A stretch of 64,000 bases of DNA from Okamejei kenojei (Eukaryota): the NCBI GenBank assembly GCA_035221665.1, contig CM069165.1, positions 20,088,001-20,152,000 of the forward strand, read 5' to 3'. Below, one piece after another: positions 35,014-47,708 of the stretch. The notes below the pieces were generated by a model. The model did not search any database. It saw nothing but the letters and a program-made list of their open reading frames with translations, and had not been told where the DNA came from. The translations under genes were made by a program, and so were the position numbers. Within the stretch, counting starts at the first letter, position 1. Each line of letters opens with the position of its first letter.

Positions 35014-35939
35014 ACACACATTTATTTTGACCTCAACTATCCTCCTCCTACCCCTGCATCTGCAATATGCTTGGTTTCTAACTTTTCCAACTCTGATGAG
35101 AGATCATTGATCTGAAACTGTAACTCTGTTCATCTATCCACATCATCTGCCTTAATATTTCCACTTTTCTGAGCTTTCATCTCTTTTAATAAGGTTGGTT
35201 GAGCTTCTCTTCCCTTCTCCGAGATGGCATTGTGAGATCGTTCACATGCATTTTGGTTAGGTTTAGTGTCTCATTTGAACGTTAGTGTCCCATTTCAATG
35301 TAATAGTTAAGATAACTTAATTTAATTATGAGCCCAGATTGTTTCATTATGTTGTTAATGATGTTATTCTTCAAAGATTGCAAAGTAACCAAAAATCTTT
35401 TCATTGAATGGTACAATCAATTAGTCTCCCATTCAACCTATTAGAAAGTTACCACTGAGTCTGCTCTCACCGTCCATTCAAGCAGAAGATTTCAGATTGA
35501 AATTATTCCTCAAGTATCGTTTCATTCTTTGAAGTCACCTGTTAATTATTTTGCTAATTGCTTCAAATATGGAGTTTTTGAGTGTCAAACATGTTGTCAG
35601 TGGAAACACCTGTTCTATTGAAACCTTTTGCAGTTTTGAACCTATGAATCCTTCCCCACCTGTAGGAGAACCATTCCTTATCTCAAATTCTCTTCACGTA
35701 ATTGGTCATTCATTTATTTGAAGCAAACTGTACCATTCTAGTAAAGATTCTGTTTATCCTCTCCAAAGTATTAATGCTTTTCCCAAAATCTGTGCAATAT
35801 CCCAAAATTGGATGCAATATCCTAATATTCTAACCTTCACAAATGTTTTTTTGTATCTGTTTCATGTTAGTGCTCAATAAATCACCAAACTTTGCTCCAT
35901 TCTCTTGCCCTTTCTCAATCAGTGAATATAAGTAACCAT

Positions 35940-36152
35940 GCAGGATGGAACTGCATATGCTTGTTTTCACCGAAGATAGATACAAAATGCTGGAGTAACT
36001 CAGAGGGTCTGGCATCGGCTCTTGAAGAAAGGATTAAGAGACAAGTCGAGTCAGGTCTGAACAAGGGTCTCAACCCAAAATGTCACCTATTCCTTTTCTC
36101 CAGAGATGCTGGCTGACCCACTGAGTTACTCCAGCTTTTTGTGTATCTTCAG
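35940..36152. mobile_element. Penelope pseudo-LTR-derived foldback element
   Basis: Inverted arms with a decayed hammerhead motif near 36057. Confidence 0.7.
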
Positions 36153-36504
36153 AAAAAGTAATTATGCCTTCCTTGCGTAAATAATGCTTAGAATTTTGCT
36201 TCCATCCAGTCATCTGTATTCTAACATCAGTACTGGTTAAAAATAAAATATTTTTCATTATTAAATTGAAACCTCAACCAAAAATTTGAATAGCTTTGTT
36301 TGATATATCAGTTTTTTTCCTGATCAGTAGCAACAATATGAGAGAAGTTAAGACATTATGTTATGTTATGCCATTTTGTAACTCAAACTCTTGCTGAATA
36401 AATAGTATGTATCTGACTACTGTAACCTGCATACATATTACAGCCAAGGTTTATTTACCTTGTCCTAAACACTAATGCAATCCATGATTAAATGTATCAT
36501 AAGG

Positions 36505-36720
36505 TCATGAGGTAGGAGCAGAATGAGGCCATTCAGCAGATCAAATCTATTCCGCCATTCAATCATGGTTAATCTATCTCTCCCTTATAACCGCATTATC
36601 CTGCCTTCTCCCCATTGTCTCTGACACCTGTACTAATCAAGAATCTATCTATCTCTGCCTTAAATATATCCATTGACTTTGCCTCCACAGCCTTCTGTGG
36701 CAAAGAATTCCACAGACTCA
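36505..36720 (-). mobile_element. CR1-type LINE 3' tail
   Basis: Reverse complement of the tail family also at 45125-45295 and 60825-61110. Confidence 0.7.
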
Positions 36721-37359
36721 CACCAATTTGAAGCATTCACATAAATATACTGCTGCTCATTTTGGCATGATCCATTACACTATTGGTTTGCCAATGTGGG
36801 CTCTGCATAATCTGCTTTTGGTCCCAAATTCCCCTTGATACTTTCCAAGGAAATGGGCCCAAATACCACAATAGTAAGTGGGCAAGAAATATACTCCAAG
36901 TTAAATATTAATTCAATTTAGTTTAGTTTATCAGCTCAAAATTAAACTGAACTGATATTTCATCTGGATTATATTTCTCAAGATGTAAAGTAAAAGTGCG
37001 GGATGTTAAAATAGGGTATTTCTCATTTGCGTGTAGGAAAGAACTGCAGATGCTGGTTTAAATCAAAGGTAGACACAAAATGCTGGAGTAACTCAGCGGG
37101 ACAGGCAGCATCTCTGGAGGGAAGGAATGGGTGACGTTTCAAGTTAAGACGCTTCTCTTTAGCAATACATCTTGATGGTTGGACAAATATCCCACTGAAG
37201 GCAAAGAATGGATTGCAAGTGAAATTATTTAACTGACCTGATATTCCTAATCTGTAGTCCTAGCATTTAAAATATACTTATCTCATAATAATTAATCAAA
37301 TCTCATAAATATACTTCTCATAATGCTTAAATCTTTATGTAATAAAAGGGAATGGCAGA

Positions 37360-38000
37360 TGTTTATACCACAGAATGACACAAAATGTCAGAGTCACTCT
37401 ATTTTTTCCTTGACCAAAGACCCAACCGATTTTCCTCTCCTCCACCCAGCGTAACTTATCCTCGCCCTCAACAACTTCTCTATAGACTCCTCTCACTTTA
37501 TCCAAGTTAAAGATGCAGCCATGAGCACTCACATGGGCCCCAGCTATGCCTGCCTTTTTGTTGGTTACGTCGAACAGTTCTTGTTCAAGGAAATGGGCCC
37601 AAATGCCAAAATAATTTATTTCCCAGCGCAATGAATGTTGGATTCTCTATTTTTTGGTAACTTCTACAAACATTCCCCTTCCACCTCACTCCCCTCTCCC
37701 CACTCCTCCCCTCAACCTCCACCCCCACCCCCCTCTCTGGCCCTTTCCTCGACTAAAAGTCAGTTAACCGGTTTCACAATTCGCAATGATGTATCCCTCT
37801 TGGAAGCACACCAGCCTAGCCTGAGGTAATCTGTTACCGGCTCTGATTTGTCCTGGTCTTTTCTTGTTTCCAGTTAACCCTTCCCCCCCAATCCCCACAA
37901 TCAGCGTGAAGAAGGGTCCCGACCTGAAACATCACCTATCCATTTTCTCCAAAAATGTTGCCTGACCCGCTGAGTTGTGCCAGCAGTTCTTGTCTATCTT
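37360..38000 (+). mobile_element. Internally deleted Penelope-like element (RT fragment plus pseudo-LTR)
   Basis: 37498-37578 translates FIQVKDAAMSTHMGPSYACLFVGYVEQ, the PLE RT motif (G.AMG...PSYA.LF); pseudo-LTR with decayed hammerhead at ~37907. Confidence 0.75.
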
Positions 38001-40393
38001 ATGTTTAAATCTTTCTTTATTTAGCCGTTTCATTGTTTCATTATAGAATGAAATTAATTTACATAAACTATCCGAAGAATATTAAGGCAAAGCTCTGCAT
38101 GCGCTGAAACCCAAGTTCAGAGGCAATTTGATCAGTGGTAGGTTGCACAGTAGTTTATTTTCAACAGGATAACATGTTGGATGAGTTATTTTTGTAACCC
38201 TAGCTTCGAAATCATCTTTGACATTTGCTTTTAATGTGGTTCGCCTGGGTGATTTACTATTGAGCAAAGTCTAAATGAAATGTTGCTGCAACATCAAATG
38301 AAGTAATTATTTTTGTTGGCTGCTGTTAAAACAAAGGTTCTTTCTATCTGGGGAGAGCGGATAAACCCCACCCCCACGTGGAAATTATTGACACAAAAAA
38401 AATGGTGCTAGGATTGTGTCCGGAGCACTGGCATGACTCAGAAATGAAGAATAATAATGTTTATATTTGAGTACTTCATTATAACTAAGTTTAGCAATCT
38501 GGCCTGGTCACAGAAAGCACTTGCAAATGTTATTTCTTTCCCCAGCATATTACTGGATCATGGAAAATGTTTGGTTTCTTTCTCAAGGAAGGATAGCCTT
38601 GCCTTTGAGAATGTACAACAATGGTTCAGTGGGAGAGGTTGTGAGAGAGATCGGTGTATCTGAGAAGAGAACTGGAGGGCTATTTGAAGAACAGGAAGAT
38701 ATCAGGCTGTGAAGGGCAATGGGATTAGTTTACAAAATGTTCCAGCTAAAAGCTATCAAGAGCCTATTCGAACTATATGATCTTCTGGATTCCAACAAGC
38801 TGATGTTTGTTGACTGACTATGGGTTATCAGGGAAGCATGATTGTGATAACTATAGAAAGAGCAAACCACAGCAAACCTGTGAAGAGATGCCAACGGCAC
38901 TATGCAAACACAATTTTTTTCCCCTCTATACCACAGGAAACGTTAGCTTAGGTAAATTTGAGCGAAGTAAGAAAAATATGAGGCAGTGGATATGTTGATA
39001 GGGTGAGATGAAGAAAGTATAATGTAATCCTGTGAGGTAAATACTGACTGGTGTGGACACGATTGATGAAGAGGCCATTTCTATGCTGTAAATTCTCTGT
39101 GATTCTTTCAGAATTGATGAAGATGCCTTGATAATGTGTTCCTTGCGGTTCCGAGCGACATGGGGAGCCTGATTTGAGCTTCAGGCTTGCATTTTAGGGA
39201 ACAAAACTCACTATTGAACAATTAGTCGATCTTTCCAAGCAGGGCAAAGCATGAAAGGAGGTTAATTTAATAATTGTTACGTCCATGTTAGTTTAAATTA
39301 ATTAATGATGGCAGACAAAATAAATAAACGGAAAGAAGCACATAGCTAGTACCCCAGAATTTTGATGTTTGTGGTGTTCATGTGATAACATGTGAAGTTG
39401 AGCTCAAGCAGCTGATGAATCAATAACTCTAAGTACGGACCTGAAGAAACGGATTGAACATGATTAAGACGCTGGATAGCTCAGATGTTTTGTACTAATA
39501 TATTGGACTGAGTAAAGTACTGTCATGACATATTTGGTTGAAAGCAAACACACTCAGTGAATTTATTTACATTCTGGACAGAGGGTGGAGAACCACATAC
39601 TCTGCAAAATGTGTGAGCATTTGTTTAAACCTCAAGGCTTTTTGATTGCCTCTGTTTATTCCTAATATTTAAACATTTAAGTGTCTGAAGGCAATATTGC
39701 ACTGTGATTACATCCTTCTGGTATTTTAATACAAATTTCTTGCTAAACGTATTCAAGATCAATTTAATTGTCACATGTACCAATTAAGATACAGTGAAAT
39801 TTGAGTTACCATACAGCCATACTAAGTAAAAAGCACCAAGACACACAACCACATAAAATACAATTTGACATAAACATCCACCACAACGGAATCCACATTC
39901 CTCACTGTGATGGAAGGTAATAAAGTTCAATCATCTTCCTCCCTTGTTCACCCGTGGTCGAGGCTTTTGAACCCTCCGCAGTTTGCCGCTGCCGACGGTC
40001 TGATGTCCGAAGCCCTCTCGTCGGGATGATGGAAACTCCACCTATTGATCTGAGAGCAAGGGTTGTAGTTCAGTTTTATAGCCAGGACAAGCTCTATTTA
40101 CACAGCTGCCTCCTGCTGGAATCATAACTGGCTTTTTTCAAGGAAGCTTTGTGCGTCTAGATCGTGGCCCAGATAGATCAGATAAAAGTCAATTGTGTCT
40201 CTACAATATAAGTAGGAAGCCATTTTGGTTTGGCTGGGTGCTAAACACATCTGCTGGTCAGTCAGGTGCTCACCCCATTTGATGTCAGTGTGGTGCCAGA
40301 GAAAGGACTCTGCTGTGAAGTCGAGGGAGAATTTTTCTGCATGTGCTGACAGTTTGCTAGAATCCTGGATGTTGGATTAAAGCAGCAGATGCA

Positions 40394-42080
40394 TCATTGT
40401 ATTGTATTGTATTGTACTGTATATCTTTATTATCATTTTTCTGAGTATTTACATACCCAGAGGAAAACGAAAAAGCGTTTCTCAACCAGTGTCCATTCAG
40501 TGTGTGGTAAAAAATAAATAGAAATAAAGAATAAAAGTACATATATCACGAGTTCCGATCGGCAGCGGCACGACAATGGCTCTGCTTCAGTGTGTCCAGG
40601 TTGGTGTTTGGTGCGCGATACTTTGGCAGGGGGCAAAGTCCGTTTATCAGTCTTATAGCCTGCGGGAAGAAGCTGAGGAGCATCCTGCTGGTTTTGCAGC
40701 TGATGCTCCCGTACCTCTTCCCAGATGGCAGGATGGAGAATATGTGATGCAATGGGTGGTAGGGGTCTTTGATGATGGAGATGGCTCTGCTAATACATCT
40801 CTTCCTGTATATGTCCAGCAATAAAGGGAGTGGAGCACCAATAATCCTGCTGACGGTCTTCACAATCCTGTCCAGTTGGTGCCGTTCGTACGCCTTGCAG
40901 CTCCCAAACCAGGAGGTGATGCCGTAGGTTAATGTGCTCTCGATTGTCCCCCTATAAAAAGTTCGTAGGTGTGCAGTGGAGAGACCTGCTTTCCGTAGTC
41001 TTCGGAGAGGGTGTAGTCGCTGCTGGGCTCTTTTAACCAGTGCTGTGGTGTTGATCGTGGACGTCAGGTCATCTGACAGATGGAGTCCTAGGAACATCAC
41101 ACTGCTGACCCTTTCCACATCAGCTCCATCGATGTGCAGAGGTGTATGGCGTTGTTTTCTCATCCTCCTGAAGTCAACCACCATCTCCTTCGTTTTTCCC
41201 ACGTTGAGAATGAGGTTGTGGGATTTGCACCATCCTGTGAGCAGCTCCACCTCCATCCTGTACGCCGACTCATCATTGTCACTGATGAGACCCACCACTG
41301 TTGTGTCGTCAGCGAACTTGTTGATGAAGTTGTTGTTGAGTCTAGCAGTACAGTCGTGTGTAAGCAGACTAAACAGCAGGGGGCTTAGGACACAGCCTTG
41401 GGGCGAGCCAGTGCTCACAGTTATGGTTTTTGATGTCCTACTGCCCACCCTGACTGTCTGCTGCCGTTGCTATAGATAGTTCAGGACCCAGTTACATGTG
41501 CCAGCATCAACCCCCAATAACTCCAACTTCTCCACCAGCTGCTGCGGAATGATTGTGTTAAAAGCAGAGCTGAAGCCTATGAAGAGGATCCTGGCATAAG
41601 TATTTTTCCGATCAAGGTGTGGCAGTACGAGGTTCAGTGTTGTTGAGACTGCATCGTCTGTGGATCGGTTGGCTCTGTAGGCGAACTGCAGTGGGTCTAG
41701 GTTGGCAGGTAGGCTATTTTTGATATGCTGCATAACCAGTCGCTCAAAACACTTCATTACTATGGGTGTTAGAGCCACTGGTCTAAAGTCATTATGGCAG
41801 GCTGGGTTTGGTTTCTTCGGGACAGGAACGATGGTGGCACTCTTAAGACAGTTGACCACTACTGCCTGGCTGAGCGAGGTGTTAAAATATCTGTGAAGAC
41901 ATCTTTCAGTTGCTCGGCACAGTCTCTTAGAACGCACCCATGCCAGTTTGTATGCTGCGTTGTCTCCAGATTTAAATGCAGCATTCCGGATTCTCAGTAG
42001 GGAACACACTTCCCCAGTTAGCCAGGTTTTCTGATTGGCACGCCTCCTGACGGTTTTTACCACCATTAACTCCTCCATGT
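40394..42080 (-). mobile_element. 5'-truncated Rex1/Babar-type LINE, disrupted RT ORF
   Basis: ORFs 41470-42078 and 40546-41448: [42 protein letters not shown]; (ATACA)n-like 3' tail at ~40395-40420; frame break near 41460. Confidence 0.9.
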
Positions 42081-42879
42081 GACTGAAAGCAAAACCGATG
42101 ACAGATGGAACGTGACTGCATTCTTAGGAAATGAGACAGGAGGGAAGAATACTTACTCTTAATATTACCATTAAGGTCAGACCAAAAATCTGTCTCTTCA
42201 GCCTTTTACAGTACAAACCACCCTGGATTAACTCTGCACGTGTCAATTCCAAGTGGTCCAAGATGACATCCCAAACCTTTCCTTGCTTCAAATGCTGAAT
42301 CTTGATTTAGATTGGAATGAAGCAGAGATTCCTGATGGATTATGATCTATCCTGAGCTTCTCTGCAATACCAGTTAAGATACATTATGCAACAATTTAAA
42401 AAAAAGCAACAAGTGATGGAAAGACTCAACATGCCTTTGGTACACCTCTGACAAGTAAAGATAGAGAAGTATGGGCGCAGATGTACCATCATGACTTTAC
42501 ATATTTACACTGCATTAAAGAAAATATATAGTAAAGGAGTAACTGTAAGGATTAAAAACCATGAGGCCACAGTTTTGAAGGTATATTATACACGCAATGG
42601 GCACTGTTAGCCTTCACACTGTGAATAAGACTTTGATGTTAGAGATTATACACTATGATGCTGATAGATATTAAAACGTTAAAATAGGGAGGAAGACAAA
42701 GTATTGGTTATTTTTACATTAGAACAATACAGATTTTACAGGAAAATATTTAATAATCAATGAATTGAGCTGCAAGGTAGAAGGAAGGGGATCGTTACAG
42801 TTGAGATGGTCTCAACAGTAGTCTAGAATTTGGAGCATATAATAGAAGAAAATTGAACTTACTTTATATAGGGTAATAT

Positions 42880-43668
42880 TGCAGGATATCGTTGAACAGG
42901 GGAAGTGAGCTAAGAAATGACAAATGGGATTGAGCTCAGAGACATATAAGGCGTTGCATTTTCAGTAAATGGTCAGGCCCTGGAGCATGTTGCAGAACAA
43001 AGGGATTGAGGATTATAGGTACATACCTGTAGCTCCCTGCAAGCGACAAAACAGGTAGACAGGATGGTGAAGTATTCCTTGGCACCAATGGTCAAAGCAT
43101 TGAGTACAAGTGTTGGAATGTCATATTACAACTGTAAAGTCATTGTTGAGACTACACATGGAGTACTGTGTACAGTTCCGGTTGCCCAGCTATAAATAGG
43201 ATGTCATTAAACCGGAAAGGGTGCAGAAAAGATTCACGTGGATGTTACTGGAAATTGAGGGGTTGAGTTATCAGGGGAGGCTGGATAGGCTGAGTCTTTT
43301 TACCCTGATGCATAGGAAGATGAGGGGTGATCTTGTAGAGGTCTATAAAATCAGTCTGATATGATATATATGAGGGGCATGGATACAGTCAATGTTTATT
43401 TTCCAAGTGTCGGGGAGTCAAAAACTGGTGCGGATAGATTTAAGGTGAGATGATAAAAATTCAAAAGAGACCTGATGGGACACTTTCTTACGCAGGGGAT
43501 GTTGAGTACATGGAATGAGCTGCCAGAGAAAGAAATGAAGGCAGATATAATTACAATGTTTGAAAAGACAGGAACATGGATAGGAAGAAATTAGAGGATC
43601 TAGGCCAAATGGAACTAGCATAGATAATCTTGGTTGTCATAAAAGGCTCCATGCTCTCTGGATCTATG
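42880..43668 (+). mobile_element. Degenerate CR1-type LINE 3' region
   Basis: Fragments of CR1 ORF2 motifs (EQRDL-like, EYCVQF, RVQKRFT, RGDL..VYKI, WNELPE) with many stops. Confidence 0.75.
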
Positions 43669-44309
43669 TTTCCCTGTCGGGGTGTGTTTGGCAAACATTC
43701 CAGTGAGGTGCCTTGGGACATTCTGCCACAGCAAAGGTTACAGGAGTGGGATTAGAACTAATTGCTGTTCTGGAGTTTGCATAGATGATACCTCACTATC
43801 CACAGCCACCTATGTCTTTGTTGCATCCATTCGGCACCAATGAGTAATTAAACTGTAATTGCCTTATCAGATCATTTAGCCAGTGGAAAGGATAACTTCA
43901 AGATTGAATATACTATAGGTAAGTTTCTGTGACTTCAGACAGAGAATAAGCAAGTATATTATTATTCCAATTAGTTATCCCCATGGTTAGAAACATGCAA
44001 ACATTGTCATGGTAACCAAATACAGATGATGAATCTGAAATACATGTGATGAATCATTAAAGAATTTAAATCTTTCTCAATTTATCAGATTCAATGTACA
44101 AAGCTTTGCATATTCTAAGGTCTAAGATTATAATTATTCCACCAATCATGGCGTATTGGTGTTCTCACCCACACACAATAACCATGTCCCTCAAGTGGGG
44201 ACATGCTATTCAGAAGTTTTTTTACACACTTGATAAGAAATATATTGAGCCAACTCTGAAATAAGTTAGTCTAACACTTGACTTCAACAGCCAGCAGCTT
44301 ATCAGACTG

Positions 44310-44893
44310 TACCGACAGTCTTTTCGCATGAGGCAAAGGTTCACTTGCACCTCATCCAACCTCATCTACTATATCCGCTGTTCTTGGTGTGGACTCCTGT
44401 ATATTGGCGAGACCAAGCGCAGACTCGGCGATCGTTTCGCTGAACACCTCCGCTCAGTCCACCTAAACCTACTTGATCTCGCGGTTGCTCAACACTTTAA
44501 CTCCCCCTTCCATTCCCACACTAACCTTTCTGTCCTGGGCCTCCTCCATTGTCAGTGTGATGCTCAGCACTAATTGGAGGAACAGCACCTCATATTTAGC
44601 TTGGGCAGCTTAGCCCCCAACAGTATGAACATTGACTTCTCCAACTTCAAGTAGTCCTTGGTTTCCCTCTCTCTCCACCCCCTCCCCCTTCCCAGTTTTT
44701 CCACCAGTCTTACTGTCTCCGACCACATTTTAACTCTGTACCGCCCACTCCCTTGACATGAGTCTGAAGAAGGGTCTCGACCTGAAACGTCACCCATTCC
44801 TTCTCTCTAGAGATGCTGCCTATCTCGCTGACTTACTCCAGCATTTTGTGTCTATTTTTGATTTAAACCAGCATCCGCGGTTCTTTCCTTCAC
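44310..44893 (+). mobile_element. Penelope-like element 3' end: GIY-YIG endonuclease plus pseudo-LTR with hammerhead motif
   Basis: ORF 44328-44573 NLIYYIRCSWCGLLYIGETKRRLGDRFAEH (GIY-YIG with PLE Cys/His pattern), premature stop; ctgaagaagggtctcgacctgaaacgtc at 44764-44791. Confidence 0.9.
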
Positions 44894-45295
44894 ATATCAG
44901 AAGATAATGTTTGGTTTGCAATCTGTTAATTCATAATCTTCATAACTACCTTCTCCAAGTAAATTGAGAATTACTAAAGTGGATTTGTGTTCTACTGTTT
45001 TCAAAATAATTTCATTTAAGGTCAGCATTAAGATGTGTATTTGTATCCATTCTGCCGCACGTTACCTCCATCACACTCTGCTCAAAGCTCCACGATTAAA
45101 GTGACTTTTTAAACAGAATGGGACATTTGAAATAGAATGGGCTTGGACAGCCTGGATGTGGAGAGGATGTTTCAACGAGTGGGAGAGTCAGGAGAATGGG
45201 GTTAGGAGGGTGAGATCGATCAGCCATGATTGAATGGTGGAGTAGACTTGATGGGCGGATTGGCCTAATTCTGTTCCTATCACTTATGACCTCAT

Positions 45296-45462
45296 AGGTA
45301 AACAAAAATGCAGGAGAAACTCAGCGGGTGAGGCTGCATCTATGGAGCGAAGGAAATAGGCAACGTTTTGGGCCGAAACCCATAGTTTCTGCCTCACCCA
45401 CTGAGTTTCTCCAGCATTTATGTCTACCTTCGATTTTCTAACATCTGCAGTTCCTTCTTGAA
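45296..45462. mobile_element. Foldback pseudo-LTR element inserted at a CR1 tail
   Basis: 15-bp TSD cacttatgacctcat at 45281-45295 and 45463-45477; inverted arms. Confidence 0.8.
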
Positions 45463-46254
45463 CACTTATGACCTCATGACATGCCAACCAGTCATGGTTT
45501 AGCTGTGTTACTGCTAAATTGATGCAGAATTGTTTATTGTCCAAATGTATTGGTAAAATTAAAAAAATCCTTTGTGGTGATATCCTCATAGAGATTTTAT
45601 TGCCGAAGGTTGTTCATAACCTGAAGGAGAAATATTGTTATCGGCTCTTAACATAAATAAAGAGGAAGATAAAATAGATTAACGAAGAACATTGCAACAG
45701 ATACAATTCAGATTTAAACTTCTTAAAGTATATTTATATGTAATTAATCGTGCATAAGATGCCAATCCTTATTTGTATGTTACGGCAGATAGTAAAATGA
45801 TATGTGTCAACTACTTATTTAGGATTAAATAAAGTATCATAGAGAAGGACAAATTGAAGGCGATTTAAGAAGTGAAGTGTCAGACATTAAATTACAGGAC
45901 ACCCAATACATCTTAAAATAACTAATCTCAAAAAACATTATGTCTCACTTTCCACTTTGCAGACCAGGAAAATAGATTCAACCCAGCCACTAGTGACATG
46001 GGCTGGAAAATAATACAAATGGAGCATTTATAATTATTTGCAACATGCAGACTTTACAGTAGAAGTGACAAGAGCATCCAGATCAAGAATTTATTTGATT
46101 CACTTGTTAACAAAGCACTCGTTGTCTAATGGATTTGATAAATGGAGGAACTAATGTTTTGTGTGCAATTACACTGAAGACATTGGATTGCCGATCAATT
46201 AGATCATAAAGTCCTAACTGGATTGAAAAGTGGGCTGGAATAGATATTAGTGCA

Positions 46255-46461
46255 AAGATAGACACAAACTGCTGGAGAAACTCAGAGGGTCAGGCAGCAT
46301 CTCTGGAGAGAAGGAATGGGTGACATTTCGGGTCAAGACCCTTCTTCTGACTGACTTCAGTCTGAGGACGGTTCCCGACCCGAAACAACTCCCATTCCTT
46401 CACTCCAGAGATGCTGCTTATCCCGCTGAGGTACCGATGCAACTACAGTTCCTTCCTACAA
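46255..46461. mobile_element. Foldback pseudo-LTR element with two opposed decayed hammerhead motifs
   Basis: Arms 46255-46352 and 46358-46460 are reverse complements. Confidence 0.75.
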
Positions 46462-46964
46462 ATTCGGAATTAGTGTGCTAGTTTACAATAATCTGGCATT
46501 TTCAAGGTCATTCAGATGGTTGCTCATTGTAAATTCTGAGATTTATGGAATTCAGTTTCACAACTTATCACAAGCTGGTTCAGGGTCATTGTCACAATAA
46601 GTTTGATAGAAGCTGATGCTCCAGTATAGTGTTGTAATGTTGGAATTGCTGTATTTTGGGAAGTTAAATGACACCAAGGCCTCATTTATTCAGTTGGGTG
46701 AACTGAAGATCCCAAAATTACCAGTTACCTGCCCTAATAGGCCCACTGTTTCTGCCTGGTAATTAACAGTTCTTCCCCACGACTCCTCCATTTTGCTCAA
46801 ACTCATTGCCAATATTTATTAGCTAACTGACGTCACTAGGTACAGATTATCTTCTTTTGCACAAATTCACAGGATGTACATTTTACTGGCTGGACCAGAA
46901 TTTGTTCCCAGTTCCCAATTCCGGCTGTATTTGGTGATGTGCTGGCCACTTCAGCTGGCAACTG

Positions 46965-47708
46965 AGGCACATGAGACTGCAGATGCTGGAATGATGAGCA
47001 AAAGGGTAAACTGCTGGAGGAAATCAGGGGGACAGGCAGCACCTGTGCAGGGAAATGGAACCGACCCCATAGCGAACCCAACCTTGTCATCAAACCTGCT
47101 GACGAAGGCGATGCCGCTGTAGTGTGGTGGTCTAATCTTGCTGAGGCTAGGCATTAGCTCTCGGACATCTCCTCACACCTATCCCTTGACCATGATTCCA
47201 CAAACCAACACCAGGCCACTATCTCCCAAATCGTGACAGATTTCATTCGCCAATCTCCTCTCCACAGTCTCTAAACTGACCGTTCCCAAACCATGCACTG
47301 CCCATTCCCATCTCCTACCCAACATCCACAAACTGGACTGCCCTGTCAAGCCCATGGGCCCAGTCTGCTCTTGCCCCACTGAACCTATCTCCTCATACTG
47401 TGACTGTATCTCGTCTCCTCTCTTCCCACCTACATACAGAACACCTCACACACTTTCTACCACTTCCAGAACTTCTAATTCTTTGGATTCCACTGCCCAT
47501 CTTTACCATGGAAACCTTCACACTTCCATTCCACCTCAGGAAGGTCTCAGAGGCTGTCTGCTCCCAGACCCAATACCCAACAGTTCCCCTCAACGAATCC
47601 TCTCCTCCACCTCAATCTGAAGAAGCACCTCGGCCAAAATGTCATCTACCCTTTTCCCTCCACAGATGCTGCCTGACCCGCTGAGTTCCTCTGGCAGTTT
47701 GTTTTTTA
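46965..47708 (+). mobile_element. Old Penelope-like element with inverted 5' arm, RT N-terminal fragments and 3' pseudo-LTR
   Basis: KPADEGDAAVVW (KPADKG..VV motif), LLPNIHK.DCP, CSCPTEPIS and IFTM motifs of PLE RT; arms at 46965-47058 (inverted) and 47612-47708. Confidence 0.7.

Noticed and set aside
40546-42078. Intact active retrotransposon or domesticated RT gene
   Set aside because: 5'-truncated with no endonuclease, a broken frame near 41460, and the first catalytic Asp motif altered (FIGFSSAF).
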